Of a DNA stretch of 64,000 nucleotides, positions 51,073 to 61,294 are shown piece after piece. Every line of letters starts with the position of its first letter. Position 1 is the stretch's first letter. The position numbers and the translations under genes are program-made. The stretch is from an uncultured Alphaproteobacteria bacterium (GTDB lineage Bacteria > Pseudomonadota > Alphaproteobacteria > Sphingomonadales > Sphingomonadaceae): NCBI GenBank assembly GCA_963727345.1, contig CAVSFG010000006.1:651142-715141 (forward strand), read 5' to 3'. The notes under the pieces were generated by a model, which saw nothing but the letters and a program-made list of their open reading frames with translations, was not told where the DNA came from and ran no database searches.

Positions 51073-51702
51073 TCAGGCCTCGGCCGGCTTCTCTTCCTCG
51101 GCCGGAGCGGCTTCCGCCTCGGCGGCCGGGGCCTCCGGCTCGGCGATCACCTCGCCGGGCTCCAGGCCCGCCGGGCGCTCCTCGACGAAGCCCGACACGT
51201 CCTTCTCGAACATCTCGGCCATCACGTCCTTGCCGGCCGCCTGAAGCTCGGCCTCTTCGGGCGAGCGGGCGATGTTGACGCTGATCGTCACCGACACTTC
51301 GGGGTGGAGCGCGATCTTCACGTCCTGGATGCCGATCGCCTTGATCGGCCGATCGAGCACGATCTGGTTCTTGGCGATCTTGTGGCCCTCGGCGTCCAGC
51401 GCTTCGGCGAGGTCGCGGGCGGACACCGAACCGTAGAGCTGGCCGGTGTTCGACGCCTGACGGATGAGCAGCAGCTTCAACCCGTCGACCGTCTTGGCGT
51501 CCTTCTCGGCCTCGGTGCGGCGCTCGGCGTTGGTCGCCTCGATCTTCTCGCGATTGGCTTCGAAGACCTTGCGGTTCGACTCATTGGCTCGGAGCGCCTT
51601 GCCGCGGGGAAGGAGGAAGTTGCGGGCATAGCCGTTCTTCACCTTCACCACGTCGCCGATCGCGCCGAGCTTCTCGATCCTTTCGAGCAGGATGACGTCC
51701 AT
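51073..51702 (-). CDS. rplI: 50S ribosomal protein L9
   Basis: MDVILLE, GYARNFLLP and LYGSV. Confidence 0.97.
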   Translation of the reverse strand: MDVILLERIEKLGAIGDVVKVKNGYARNFLLPRGKALRANESNRKVFEANREKIEATNAERRTEAEKDAKTVDGLKLLLIRQASNTGQLYGSVSARDLAEALDAEGHKIAKNQIVLDRPIKAIGIQDVKIALHPEVSVTISVNIARSPEEAELQAAGKDVMAEMFEKDVSGFVEERPAGLEPGEVIAEPEAPAAEAEAAPAEEEKPAEA

Positions 51703-51714
51703 CTTCCTCGCTCC

Positions 51715-51939
51715 TTATCTTACGACATAGGGGAGCAGGCCGAGATGGCGGGCGCGCTTGATCGCCTGGGCCAGCTCACGCTGCTTCTTGGTGCTGACCG
51801 CGGTGATGCGGCTGGGGACGATCTTGCCCCGCTCGGACACGAAGCCCTGGAGCAGACGAACGTCCTTGTAATCGATGCGCGGCGCATCCTTGCCGGAGAA
51901 GGGGCAGGACTTGCGGCGGCGGAAAAATGGGCGAGCCAT
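51715..51939 (-). CDS. rpsR: 30S ribosomal protein S18
   Basis: [14 protein letters not shown] and AIKRAR.LGLLPY. Confidence 0.97.
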   Translation of the reverse strand: MARPFFRRRKSCPFSGKDAPRIDYKDVRLLQGFVSERGKIVPSRITAVSTKKQRELAQAIKRARHLGLLPYVVR

Positions 51940-51951
51940 GTCCAGACCTCC

Positions 51952-52365
51952 TTAAGAGTCGAAATCGTCGCGGGTACGGCGCGGGCGATCCTCACGATCG
52001 CCGCGGTCACCACGGTCGTCGTCGCGGCCGCGCTTGTCGCGATCGCCACGGCGCATCATCGCCGAGGGGCCGGTCTCATGCTCATCGACCTTGATGGTCA
52101 TGTAGCGGATCACGTCCTCGTTGATCTGCGTCTGGCGCTCGAGCTCGGCGACGACCGGCGGCGGCGCGTCGAAATCGAGCGCGACATAATGCGCCTTGCG
52201 GTTCTTCGCGATGCGATAGGCAAGGTTACGAAGGCCCCAGGTCTCCGTCCGGACGACCTTGCCGCCATTGTCCTCGATGATCTTGGTGGCGTTTTCCGCC
52301 AGCGCGTCGACCTGAGCCTGAGCCAGATCCTGACGCGCGAGAAACACATGCTCATAGAGCGGCAT
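51952..52365 (-). CDS. rpsF: 30S ribosomal protein S6
   Basis: MPLYEH and [10 protein letters not shown]. Confidence 0.97.
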   Translation of the reverse strand: MPLYEHVFLARQDLAQAQVDALAENATKIIEDNGGKVVRTETWGLRNLAYRIAKNRKAHYVALDFDAPPPVVAELERQTQINEDVIRYMTIKVDEHETGPSAMMRRGDRDKRGRDDDRGDRGDREDRPRRTRDDFDS

Positions 52366-52773
52366 GTTCGCGCATTCCTTCTATTGGCCGATCGCTGACG
52401 CCGCCCGCTGCGGACGCCCCTCCGGCTGTCGTCATGTACTTTTCGGTCGCGATTTCCGAGCCGGCGGCTTCGCCGCCTCGCAATCGCTCCAAAATTGAAC
52501 CGGGGCGAAAAGGCACGAGCCTTCGCCCCGGACCGGGGGCCAATGGCGTAAGAAGGCTTGAAAATCAAGTGCGGCGCAAAGTTCACGACTTGTCTACGGA
52601 ATCGCGGTGGCCGTCACCTTTCGGACCGCGGGCGACCATGACCGATACGCGCCGTCCGGGGAAGCTGACGAACCTGGCGTCGCTGCCAGAAACGCAGGCC
52701 CTCCGTCCACGCCGTTCGACAAGCAATTGAAAACCTTGTCCGGCTAGGTTGTCTTTATGAGAGGGGAAAGACC

Positions 52774-54303
52774 GTGCCGCCATCGAAAAGCGGGTTGGCT
52801 GCGTGCGCTTTGGTCGTGCTATGTGCCTGCGCCTCAGGCCGAGGCGGAGGCTGTTCGACCAAGGCGAGCGGCGACGCAGTGAGGGCCACTGCGCCGCCGC
52901 GCGCCGCGCCGCCAGGACTGTCTCCGGAGCAAGCCTCCGCCCTCTATCAACGGGCGCAGCAAGCCGGGGCGGACGCGGCCGCGGATGCCGTCGCCGCCGC
53001 TAATCGTGGCGAGTTCGGCATGATCCTCACCGGAAACCGCAGCGCCCGGCCTATCGGGCTCACCTGTTTCACGCCTTATGGCCGCCCGCCCCGCATTCTC
53101 GCCGAATTGCCGCATGGCGACGTCATCGACGAGGCAGTGACGCGCTGGACCGGTTATGCCCGCACTTATAATCGCACCCTTGTCGATCATCCCGCTTACC
53201 CCGATCCGGACCTCTGTCGCGCGGTGACCGACGAAGAGGCGCGCAGCGGCTTCGAGGCGAAGCCCGACCGCGACGCGCGCGCCGTGACCTCGCCGGTCCG
53301 CACCCTTCACCAGGCCGCCCGCCGCGGCAGCCGGCAGGAGGTCGAGCGGCTGCTTGCATCCGCCGACGTGAACGCGGCCGACAATCTCGGCATGACGCCG
53401 CTGGCATGGGCGGCGGCGCGCGGCAACGGCCCGGCGCTCGATGCCTTGCTCGCCGCCGGCGCCGATCCCTGGCTCGGCGATGCGGCCCAGCGCACCGGCG
53501 CCATCTATTGGGCCGCGGCGCTCGGCCGCCGCGAGCTGTTCGAACGGCTCGCTCGGATCGGGGGCCGGCCGTTCGAGCGCTGGCCGTCGCTTTATCTGGG
53601 CGCCGCCGTCTCTTCCGGCGAGGTCGGAATCGTCGAGCATATGGTCGCCGAGCCGCACGAGCCGCTTCGGCTCGAGACCGTCCATGCCCGCCCGCTCCCG
53701 GCCGCATCGGCCTTCGTGCCGGTGCTGCGCGGCGACCGCGCTTTGGCCGACCGACTGCTGGCCCGCGCCGCCGACCACGATCGGCGCGTCGATCTCGTCC
53801 GCGTCGCGCTCGAACATGGCGCCGATCCCAACGCCGTCGGCGCCTACGAAACCGCGCTCGGCCTCGCCGCCAAGGGGATCGGCGAGGAAAGCGTCGAGAT
53901 CGTCGATCTGCTGCTCCGCGCTGGCGCGGACCCCAATCGCGTCTCGCACCGCACCCGCCCGATCTGGTACGCGGTCACCTCGATGCGGATCGACCGCGAG
54001 CGCGGCGAATGGACCGCCCGCGCCCGCGCCATCTTCCAGCGCCTCGTGGCGGCGGGCGCCCGCCTTGATCTGCCGGACGACGAAGGCCGCCCGCCAATCT
54101 CTTTCGTGCTTTTCCCCGGCCGCGGGCGCCATTGGGAGCTCGACAGCGGCGTCCCTCCCGAGCTGCTCGAGCTGATCGCCGCGCACGGCGTCGACGTCAA
54201 CGCCACCTGGGAGGGAAGACGGGTCCTCTCCGCAGTAGAGGAACAGGCAGGCCGCAATTCGCCGCTCGCCGGTACCCTGCGCCGCCTCGGCGCCCGCCGC
54301 TGA
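52774..54303 (+). CDS. Ankyrin-repeat protein, putative lipoprotein
   Basis: LCAC lipobox-like signal; repeats LHQAA, TPLAWAA, GADP, ETALGLAA and GVDVN. Confidence 0.75.
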   Translation: MPPSKSGLAACALVVLCACASGRGGGCSTKASGDAVRATAPPRAAPPGLSPEQASALYQRAQQAGADAAADAVAAANRGEFGMILTGNRSARPIGLTCFTPYGRPPRILAELPHGDVIDEAVTRWTGYARTYNRTLVDHPAYPDPDLCRAVTDEEARSGFEAKPDRDARAVTSPVRTLHQAARRGSRQEVERLLASADVNAADNLGMTPLAWAAARGNGPALDALLAAGADPWLGDAAQRTGAIYWAAALGRRELFERLARIGGRPFERWPSLYLGAAVSSGEVGIVEHMVAEPHEPLRLETVHARPLPAASAFVPVLRGDRALADRLLARAADHDRRVDLVRVALEHGADPNAVGAYETALGLAAKGIGEESVEIVDLLLRAGADPNRVSHRTRPIWYAVTSMRIDRERGEWTARARAIFQRLVAAGARLDLPDDEGRPPISFVLFPGRGRHWELDSGVPPELLELIAAHGVDVNATWEGRRVLSAVEEQAGRNSPLAGTLRRLGARR

Positions 54304-54388
54304 ACAGAATCCGTTCCCCCTTGGGAAGGCAGGTGGCGATTGCGCCATTCGCCGCCCGGCACTTGGCAGAATGACAGATGCGCGCGAT

Positions 54389-54781
54389 CTACTCTTCGAA
54401 GCGAGTGCTGGAGTCACGATCGCGCTCATATCGTCTCGCGAGCGCGAACGGCGGCAACCAGGATTCGCGACGGATGGTCCAGAGTTCGTAGGTGGGCTTG
54501 AGTTGGTCCGGAGCGTCTAGGGCTCCCAGGCTCACTTCGATTTCGTCGGTGCTGCGCGCGAAAACCGAAGCGCCGCAGCGGGGACAGAAGGACCGCCCTT
54601 CATAGTCGCGTGTCTCGCCCTCGATCGTCACCGCATCCTGGGGGAAGATCGCGAACGCCTGAAATAGCGCGCCATGGTGCTTGCGGCAGTCGAGACAATG
54701 GCAGAGGCCGACGCGGTAGGGGCGCCCGGACGCCACGAGCTTCACCTCGCCACACAGGCAGCCGCCGGTGAATCGGTCCAT
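54389..54781 (-). CDS. GFA family protein
   Basis: GGCLCG, CHCLDCRK and FCPRCG. Confidence 0.88.
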   Translation of the reverse strand: MDRFTGGCLCGEVKLVASGRPYRVGLCHCLDCRKHHGALFQAFAIFPQDAVTIEGETRDYEGRSFCPRCGASVFARSTDEIEVSLGALDAPDQLKPTYELWTIRRESWLPPFALARRYERDRDSSTRFEE

Positions 54782-54848
54782 GCCGTGCCTCCTCTCGATC
54801 AAGCGGTCGCTCTTTAAGGCCGGCGTCCGCGATCCTCCAGCCATCGGG

Positions 54849-55685
54849 TCAGGCGGGATAGATCACCAGAGCGCGCGTCTCGATGCTCTCGCGCTCCGGC
54901 GCGTCGGGTGGGCTGTCCGGGTCGTCGAAGGCGCCGTGCGGGGTGAATCGGGCCACGTCTTCCGCCGAATCATAGCCCTTCAGCAGGATCGCTTCGTCTG
55001 GCGTCAGGCGGGGGAAGTGGTACCAGCGCTGGGCGTCGTTGTGGCGCAGCGCATAGGTCTCGCCGACCCGGTCGCGATAGACGAGGTCGGTCGCGATCAG
55101 GTCTTCGCGGGCGATCGTACGCGCGTCGCACAGCGCCAGCGGCGATTTGAGCACCGGCCGGCCGATCGGCCGCCACAGATTGACGATGGCGAAGCGGCGG
55201 CGAAGCAGCGCCTCCGCGTCAAGCCCACGCTGCTCAAGCTCGCGGCGCGCGCGATCGGGGCCGGAGCGCAGGGTGAAGTCGTTATGGGTGCGCGGGACCG
55301 GCTCTCTGATCGCTGCCTCGCCGTTCGCGGCGCGGGCGGCGTTGCGGACATTGTGATCGAAGTTGATCACCAGCGCCGCGCCGGTCGCGGCGGCGATCAG
55401 CCGCTCGACCGCGGGATAATAAGTGGCGCGAATGGCGGCCTCGTCGTCGAAGGCGGTGAAATCCGGCGCGTCGACGAGCGCGAAGCCCTCGACATCGAGC
55501 GAGAGCGCCGGCGCGATCGGCCGCGCGTTGCGGATCGTGATGGGATGCGGATCGTATTCGCCCGTCCGCTTCGGGATACCCGGCGGCGGATCATATTGAT
55601 AGGAGACCGGCCGCCCGTCCATCGGCCGCAGGAAATAGAGCGGCGCTTGCGTCGCGGCGGCTTCAATGCGGCTGATCGCGGTCAT
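54849..55685 (-). CDS. CmcJ/NvfI/AsaB-like Fe(II)-dependent oxygenase
   Basis: FDHNVR, HND, NLWRPI, PLALCD, PHGAF and RESIETR. Confidence 0.8.
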   Translation of the reverse strand: MTAISRIEAAATQAPLYFLRPMDGRPVSYQYDPPPGIPKRTGEYDPHPITIRNARPIAPALSLDVEGFALVDAPDFTAFDDEAAIRATYYPAVERLIAAATGAALVINFDHNVRNAARAANGEAAIREPVPRTHNDFTLRSGPDRARRELEQRGLDAEALLRRRFAIVNLWRPIGRPVLKSPLALCDARTIAREDLIATDLVYRDRVGETYALRHNDAQRWYHFPRLTPDEAILLKGYDSAEDVARFTPHGAFDDPDSPPDAPERESIETRALVIYPA

Positions 55686-55844
55686 CCGATGCTCCTCGCG
55701 CTCGTTTCGTGCCCCTTGGGTGCGCGCATGGAGCCGCGCCCGCCAATCAAAGGTCCCGGTGCTTTGATAAGGTGACGCTATGATCGCACTCGCTTGCGCT
55801 CGATCACAGCGCTGCCTACCAGCGCCGCGCTTGAGGAGAGGATC

Positions 55845-56768
55845 ATGCGCGCGTTCATTTTTCCGGGGCAGGGCAGCCAGGCGGTCGGCATGGGCAAGTT
55901 GCTGGGCGAAGCGAGCGAGGCGGCGCGCGACGTGCTCGCCGAGGTCGATGAGGCGCTCGGCCAGCATCTGTCGCGGCTGATGGCCGAAGGCCCGGCCGAG
56001 GAACTAACCCTGACCGAGAACGCCCAGCCGGCGATCATGGCCAACGCCATCGCGACGTTGCGCGCTTCCGGCATCGATCTGGGCGCGAAGGCGGATTTCG
56101 TCGCCGGCCACAGCTTGGGCGAATATTCCGCGCTTTGCGCCGCCGGCGCGTTCGATCTCTCGACCACGGCGCGGCTGCTCAAGCGGCGCGGGCAGGCGAT
56201 GCAGGCCGCGGTGCCGGTGGGCGTGGGCGCGATGGCGGCGCTGCTCGGCGCCGATCTCGAGCTGGCCGAGGCGGTGGCGGAAGAAGCGGCCCAGGGAGAG
56301 GTTTGCACCGTCGCCAACGACAATGATCCGTCGCAGGTCGTGATCTCCGGCCATAAGGCGGCGATCGAGCGGGCGCTGGACATTGCCAAGGCCATGGGCG
56401 CGAAGCGGGCCATCCTGCTGCCGGTCTCGGCGCCGTTCCACTGCCCGCTGATGCAGCCCGCCGCCGACGCGATGGCGCAGGCGCTGGCCGAGGCGGCGAT
56501 GGAGCCGCCGGTCGTGTCGCTCTACGCCAACGTCACCGCCGCGCCGGTCGACAGCCCCGAGGACATTCGTGAGCTATTGTTCGAGCAGATCACCGGCATG
56601 GTCCGCTGGCGCGAGAGCGTCGAGGCGATGGCCTCGGCCGGAGTCAGTCATTTCGTCGAATTCGGCGGCAAGGTGCTCTCGCCTATGGTCAAGCGCATCG
56701 CGCCGGATGCGCGGACGACGAGCGTCGTCACGCCAGAGGATATCGACGCTCTGGTCGGCGAGATCTAG
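55845..56768 (+). CDS. fabD: Malonyl-CoA:ACP transacylase
   Basis: FPGQGSQ, GHSLGEY and SAPFH. Confidence 0.96.
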   Translation: MRAFIFPGQGSQAVGMGKLLGEASEAARDVLAEVDEALGQHLSRLMAEGPAEELTLTENAQPAIMANAIATLRASGIDLGAKADFVAGHSLGEYSALCAAGAFDLSTTARLLKRRGQAMQAAVPVGVGAMAALLGADLELAEAVAEEAAQGEVCTVANDNDPSQVVISGHKAAIERALDIAKAMGAKRAILLPVSAPFHCPLMQPAADAMAQALAEAAMEPPVVSLYANVTAAPVDSPEDIRELLFEQITGMVRWRESVEAMASAGVSHFVEFGGKVLSPMVKRIAPDARTTSVVTPEDIDALVGEI

Positions 56769-57755
56769 CCGCTCAGCCGCGACTGCAGCCGGCGGCGAGG
56801 GCCCGACAAGTAAATCGGCCGGTCGATCGAGCCCTGGCTCCAGGGCGATTGCCGCCGCCGGGTGGCGCGGAGCACTTCGCCCGTGGTCAGCGAGACGATG
56901 TCGTCCAGGCTCATCGGCCGACGGATGAAGCGGGCCAGCGCCTCGGCGAACGGGCCGTTGCGGCTGCCGCTGACGCCGTCGAAGGCGACGTTGGCGGGAT
57001 CGGTGGAAAAGATCGATTCTGATCCCGCTGCCCTGGAGCGTGAAGGGACGGATGCGGCCGGCCGCGCCGCCGGCGCGCGCGCGCAATTCCTCGATATTCG
57101 CGGTCTGCAGGCGGACGCCGTCGCGGGTGCTGCCGATCGAGCGCGCCACCTGCGCCTGCTCGGGCGGCGGACCGGCAAGGGGGTTGTTGCGGCAGGCGTC
57201 GAGGAACAGCACCGCGATCCCGGCCCGCTCGCGCAGCGCCTGGACCAGGGCCTGCAGGCTGAGGAAATCGGTCCCGCCCTCCAGCATCAGCAAATTCTCG
57301 CCGCCGATCTCGAGCCCATGGCCGGCGACATAGACCATCGCGATCGTGTTCTCGTCGATGGTGCGCAAATAACTGGCGATGCCGGCCATGGTCTGCGCCG
57401 GATCGGCGTCGACCAAAGCCGAGACCGCGTCGAGGTTGAGCTGCTGGAAGCTGCGCGCGATCAGCGCCGCGTCGCGCGTCGTGTTGGCGAGCGTATAGGC
57501 CGGCGTGCTCCGGTAGCTCTGGCTGACGACGAAGGCGCGGATCCGCGGCGGCTGGGGCTGGAGCGGCACGTCGATCGATTGCTGCGGCAGGTAACCGCCG
57601 CGCGGATCGTTGGCGCGGTCGCCGATCCGGTCCTGGCCGGCGGGGCCGCCAGGATTGCCGCCTTGGCCGCCCGGACCTCCGCCGCCTTGCCCGTGCGCGG
57701 CGGGCGCGATCAGGCCGGCAAGTCCGCCCAGCAGTAGGTGACGCCGTTCGATCAT
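56765..57755 (-). CDS. Caspase-family (peptidase C14) protein with twin-arginine-like signal (frameshift near 57015)
   Basis: YVAGHG and LDACRNNP dyad; C-terminal NGPFAEAL...QSPW in ORF 56765..57178; N-terminal RRHLLLG. Confidence 0.8.
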
Positions 57756-57860
57756 GTCCCGATCCTATCAGCGCGGCGGTCAGGATCAATGTGGGGGCGA
57801 AAGTGGCTGGCGCCGCGGCGCGCGCGGTGGCAACGCTCCGGCCGCGAGAAGGAGAAGGGC

Positions 57861-58598
57861 ATGTTCGACCTTTCGGGAATGACGGCGCTGGTCACCGGCG
57901 CGAGCGGCGGGATCGGCTCGGCGATTGCGCGCGGGCTGGCCGGGCAGGGGGCGCGGCTGGCGGTGTCCGGCTCGAACGCGGAGAAGCTCGACGCCTTCCG
58001 CGCCGAGCTGGGCGGCGATCATGTCGCCTTGGCCTGCAACCTCTCCGACGGGGCGGCGGTTGATGCGCTGGTGCCGCGGGCCGTCGAGGCGCTCGGCCAG
58101 CTCGACATCCTGGTCAACAATGCCGGAATCACCCGCGACAACCTCGCGATGCGGATGAAGGACGAGGAATGGGACACGGTGATCCGGGTGAACCTGGAGG
58201 CCGCCTTCCGCCTCGCGAGGGCCGCCGCTCGGCCGATGATGAAGGCGCGCTTCGGCCGGATCGTCTCGATCACCAGCGTGGTCGGCGCGACCGGCAATCC
58301 GGGGCAGGCGAACTATGCCGCGTCCAAGGCGGGCCTGGTCGGCATGTCCAAGGCGCTTGCCGCCGAGCTGGCGAGCCGCGGCATCACGGTCAATTGCGTC
58401 GCACCGGGCTTCATCCGCTCGGCGATGACCGAGGTGCTACCCGAGGCACAGAAAGAGGCGCTGCTCCGCCGCATCCCGGCCGGCGATCTCGGCGCGGGCG
58501 AGGATGTGGCGGCGGCGGTCGTCTATCTCGCCAGCCGCGAGGCCGGCTACGTCACCGGCCAGACGTTGCATGTGAACGGCGGGATGGCGATGTTGTGA
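57861..58598 (+). CDS. fabG: 3-oxoacyl-ACP reductase
   Basis: [21 protein letters not shown] and VNGGM. Confidence 0.95.
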   Translation: MFDLSGMTALVTGASGGIGSAIARGLAGQGARLAVSGSNAEKLDAFRAELGGDHVALACNLSDGAAVDALVPRAVEALGQLDILVNNAGITRDNLAMRMKDEEWDTVIRVNLEAAFRLARAAARPMMKARFGRIVSITSVVGATGNPGQANYAASKAGLVGMSKALAAELASRGITVNCVAPGFIRSAMTEVLPEAQKEALLRRIPAGDLGAGEDVAAAVVYLASREAGYVTGQTLHVNGGMAML

Positions 58599-58680
58599 GG
58601 CCTTCGCGCCCCTTGCGTTCCGCCGCGCCGTGCGGCTAGTGCGATTGCAACGATACACACCGTCTAGGGAAAGGTGGCAT

Positions 58681-58917
58681 ATGAGCGAGACCGCGGATCG
58701 GGTGAAGCGCATCGTCGTCGAGCATCTCGGCGTCGAGGCGGACAAGGTCACCGAGGAAGCGAGCTTCATCGACGATCTCGGCGCGGACAGCCTCGACATC
58801 GTCGAGCTGGTCATGGCGTTCGAGGAGGAGTTCGGGGTCGAAATCCCGGACGACGCCGCCGAGAAGATCTCGACCGTCAAGGACGCGATCGACTATATCG
58901 ACCAGAACAAGGCCTGA
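58681..58917 (+). CDS. acpP: Acyl carrier protein
   Basis: [14 protein letters not shown]. Confidence 0.97.
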   Translation: MSETADRVKRIVVEHLGVEADKVTEEASFIDDLGADSLDIVELVMAFEEEFGVEIPDDAAEKISTVKDAIDYIDQNKA

Positions 58918-58957
58918 CCCGCCTTGGCTGGGCGGTAAACGAGCCGCTTTGCTTGAA

Positions 58958-58994
58958 AAAACGGCTCCCCGTCCCAGGTCGGGGGGCCGTTTTC
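58958..58994 (+). terminator. Hairpin between acpP and fabF (partial terminator or stabiliser)
   Basis: AAAACGGCTCCCC...GGGGGGCCGTTTT. Confidence 0.6.
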
Positions 58995-59018
58995 GTCTGA
59001 ACCTCGGGAGTTGTTCTG

Positions 59019-60275
59019 ATGCGCCGTGTTGTCGTCACCGGATTGGGCCTCGTTACGCCGCTGGGCGGAGACGTGGAGACCAGCTGGAAGAACCTGATCG
59101 CCGGCAAGAGCGGCGCTGGAACGATCACCCGGTTCGACGCCAGCGACCAGAAATGCACGATCGCCTGCGAGGTGAAGCCGGCCGATCATGAATATGGCTT
59201 CGATCCCGGCAAGCGCGTCGATCACAAGATCCAGCGGCAGGTCGATCCCTTCATCATCTACGGCCTCGATGCGGCCGGACAGGCGCTGGAGGATGCGGGT
59301 CTGACCGAGATGGACGAGGCGATGCGGCTGCGCGCCGGCTGCTCGATCGGCTCGGGCATCGGCGGCCTTCCCGGAATCGAGAGCGAGAGCCTGGTGCTGG
59401 CCGAGAAGGGGCCGGGGCGGGTCAGCCCACACTTTGTCCATGGCCGCCTGATCAACCTGATCTCGGGCCAGGTGAGCATCAAATACGGCCTGATGGGGCC
59501 CAACCATGCGGTCGTCACCGCCTGCTCGACCGGCGCCCACTCGATCGGCGACGCGGCGCGGATGATCCGCGACGATGATGCCGACATCATGCTGGCCGGC
59601 GGCGCGGAAGCGACCATTTGCCCGATCGGCATCGCCGGCTTCGCGCAGGCCCGGGCGCTCAATATGACCTATAACGATCGGCCGGAGCAGGCGAGCCGCC
59701 CCTATGACAAGGATCGCGACGGCTTCGTCATGGGCGAGGGTGCGGGCGTCGTCGTGCTCGAGGAATATGAGCACGCCAAGGCGCGCGGCGCGAAAATCTA
59801 CGCCGAGGTCGTGGGTTATGGCCTGTCGGGCGACGCGCACCACGTCACCGCGCCGCATCCGGAGGGCTCCGGCGCCTACCGATCGATGGAGATGGCGCTC
59901 AAGAAAGCGGGCATGACGCCGTCCGACATCGATTACATCAACGCCCACGGCACCTCGACGATGGCCGACACGATTGAGCTCGGCTCGGTGAAGCGGCTGT
60001 TCGGCAATGCGATCGGCAAGGTGTCGATGAGCTCGACCAAGTCGGCGATCGGCCATTTGCTCGGTGGGGCGGGCGCGGTCGAAGCGATCTTCTGTATCCT
60101 CGCGATCCGCGACCAGATCGTGCCGCCGACGCTCAATCTCGACAATCCGGACGAGGGCACCGAAGGCGTCGACCTGGTGCCGCACAAGGCGAAGCAGCGC
60201 GAGGTGAAGGCGGTGCTGAACAACAGCTTCGGCTTCGGCGGCACCAATGCAAGCCTGGTGATGAAGGCGCTCTAG
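59019..60275 (+). CDS. fabF: 3-oxoacyl-ACP synthase II
   Basis: TACSTG, NAHGTST, GHLLG and NSFGFGG. Confidence 0.96.
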   Translation: MRRVVVTGLGLVTPLGGDVETSWKNLIAGKSGAGTITRFDASDQKCTIACEVKPADHEYGFDPGKRVDHKIQRQVDPFIIYGLDAAGQALEDAGLTEMDEAMRLRAGCSIGSGIGGLPGIESESLVLAEKGPGRVSPHFVHGRLINLISGQVSIKYGLMGPNHAVVTACSTGAHSIGDAARMIRDDDADIMLAGGAEATICPIGIAGFAQARALNMTYNDRPEQASRPYDKDRDGFVMGEGAGVVVLEEYEHAKARGAKIYAEVVGYGLSGDAHHVTAPHPEGSGAYRSMEMALKKAGMTPSDIDYINAHGTSTMADTIELGSVKRLFGNAIGKVSMSSTKSAIGHLLGGAGAVEAIFCILAIRDQIVPPTLNLDNPDEGTEGVDLVPHKAKQREVKAVLNNSFGFGGTNASLVMKAL

Positions 60276-60277
60276 GC

Positions 60278-61294
60278 TTGGCACGGCGCAGGCGACGACG
60301 CACGCGCGGGGCCCGGCTGCGGCGCGGCGTCCTTGCGCTCTTCGTCGTTTTTGCGCTGCTGATCGTCGCCGCGGGGACGTCCTTCTGGCTGTTTTGGGCT
60401 GGGGCAGGGCCGGCGAGCCAGCCGACCACCTTCATCGTTGCCCAGGGTTCGGGCACGGCGCGGGTCGCCGCCCAGCTTGAACAGGCCGGCGTCATCAACG
60501 GCAACGCGGTCACCTTCCGCGTTTTCGCCCGCCTGTTCGGCAGCCACGCGGCGCTGCAGCAAGGCGAGTTCCTGATCCAACCAGGGATGAGTTCGTCGGC
60601 GATCCTCTACATGCTGCAGTTCGGCCAGCCCGTGCGGCGGATGGTGACGATTCCCGAAGGCATGCCCTCGGTGCTGGTCCGCGACCGGCTGATGGCGCTG
60701 CAATATCTGACCGGCGACATCCCGGTGCCGCCGGAAGGCTCGGTTCTGCCCAGCACCTATGATTACCGGCGCGGCGAGACGCGCGCGGCGGTGCTGGCGC
60801 GGATGCAGCGGGCGATGACCCAGACGCTCGCACAGCTCTGGGCGCGGCGGCGGCCGGGGAGCGTCGTGCAAAGCCCGCAGGCGGCGATCATCCTCGCTTC
60901 GATCGTCGAGAAGGAGACGGGCCGGGAATCCGAACGGCGAATGATCGCGGGAGTCTATTCGAACCGGGTGCGGCGCAACATCCCGCTCCAGGCCGATCCG
61001 ACCGTGATCTATCCGATTACGCAGGGGCGGCCGCTCGGCCGGCGCATCCTGCGCTCCGAGCTGAATGCGCGCAACGGCTACAACACCTATGTGCTGGCCG
61101 GCCTGCCGATCGGCCCGATCGCCAATCCCGGCCGCGCCTCGATCGCCGCCGTGCTCGATCCGCAGGAGACGCAGGCTTTGTTCTTCGTCGCCGACGGCAG
61201 CGGCGGGCATGTGTTCGCCAACACGCTCGCCGAGCATAATGCGAACGTACAGCGCTGGTATCAAATCCGCCGCGCCCGCGGCGAAATGCCCTAA
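60278..61294 (+). CDS. mltG: Endolytic transglycosylase MltG (YceG)
   Basis: TIPEG, ASIVEKE, LQADPT, YNTY and GPIANPG. Confidence 0.93.
   Translation: MARRRRRRTRGARLRRGVLALFVVFALLIVAAGTSFWLFWAGAGPASQPTTFIVAQGSGTARVAAQLEQAGVINGNAVTFRVFARLFGSHAALQQGEFLIQPGMSSSAILYMLQFGQPVRRMVTIPEGMPSVLVRDRLMALQYLTGDIPVPPEGSVLPSTYDYRRGETRAAVLARMQRAMTQTLAQLWARRRPGSVVQSPQAAIILASIVEKETGRESERRMIAGVYSNRVRRNIPLQADPTVIYPITQGRPLGRRILRSELNARNGYNTYVLAGLPIGPIANPGRASIAAVLDPQETQALFFVADGSGGHVFANTLAEHNANVQRWYQIRRARGEMP

Noticed and set aside
51952-52060. Arg/Asp repeat tail of S6
   Set aside because: Low-complexity C-terminal extensions are common in alphaproteobacterial S6.
52650-52700. Hammerhead-like CTGACGA...GAAAC
   Set aside because: Stem II does not start directly after CUGANGA, and stems I and III cannot form beyond 1-3 bp.
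55845-60275. Type II PKS cluster
   Set aside because: fabD, fabG, acpP and fabF followed by mltG is the standard fatty-acid locus; there is no chain-length factor or cyclase.
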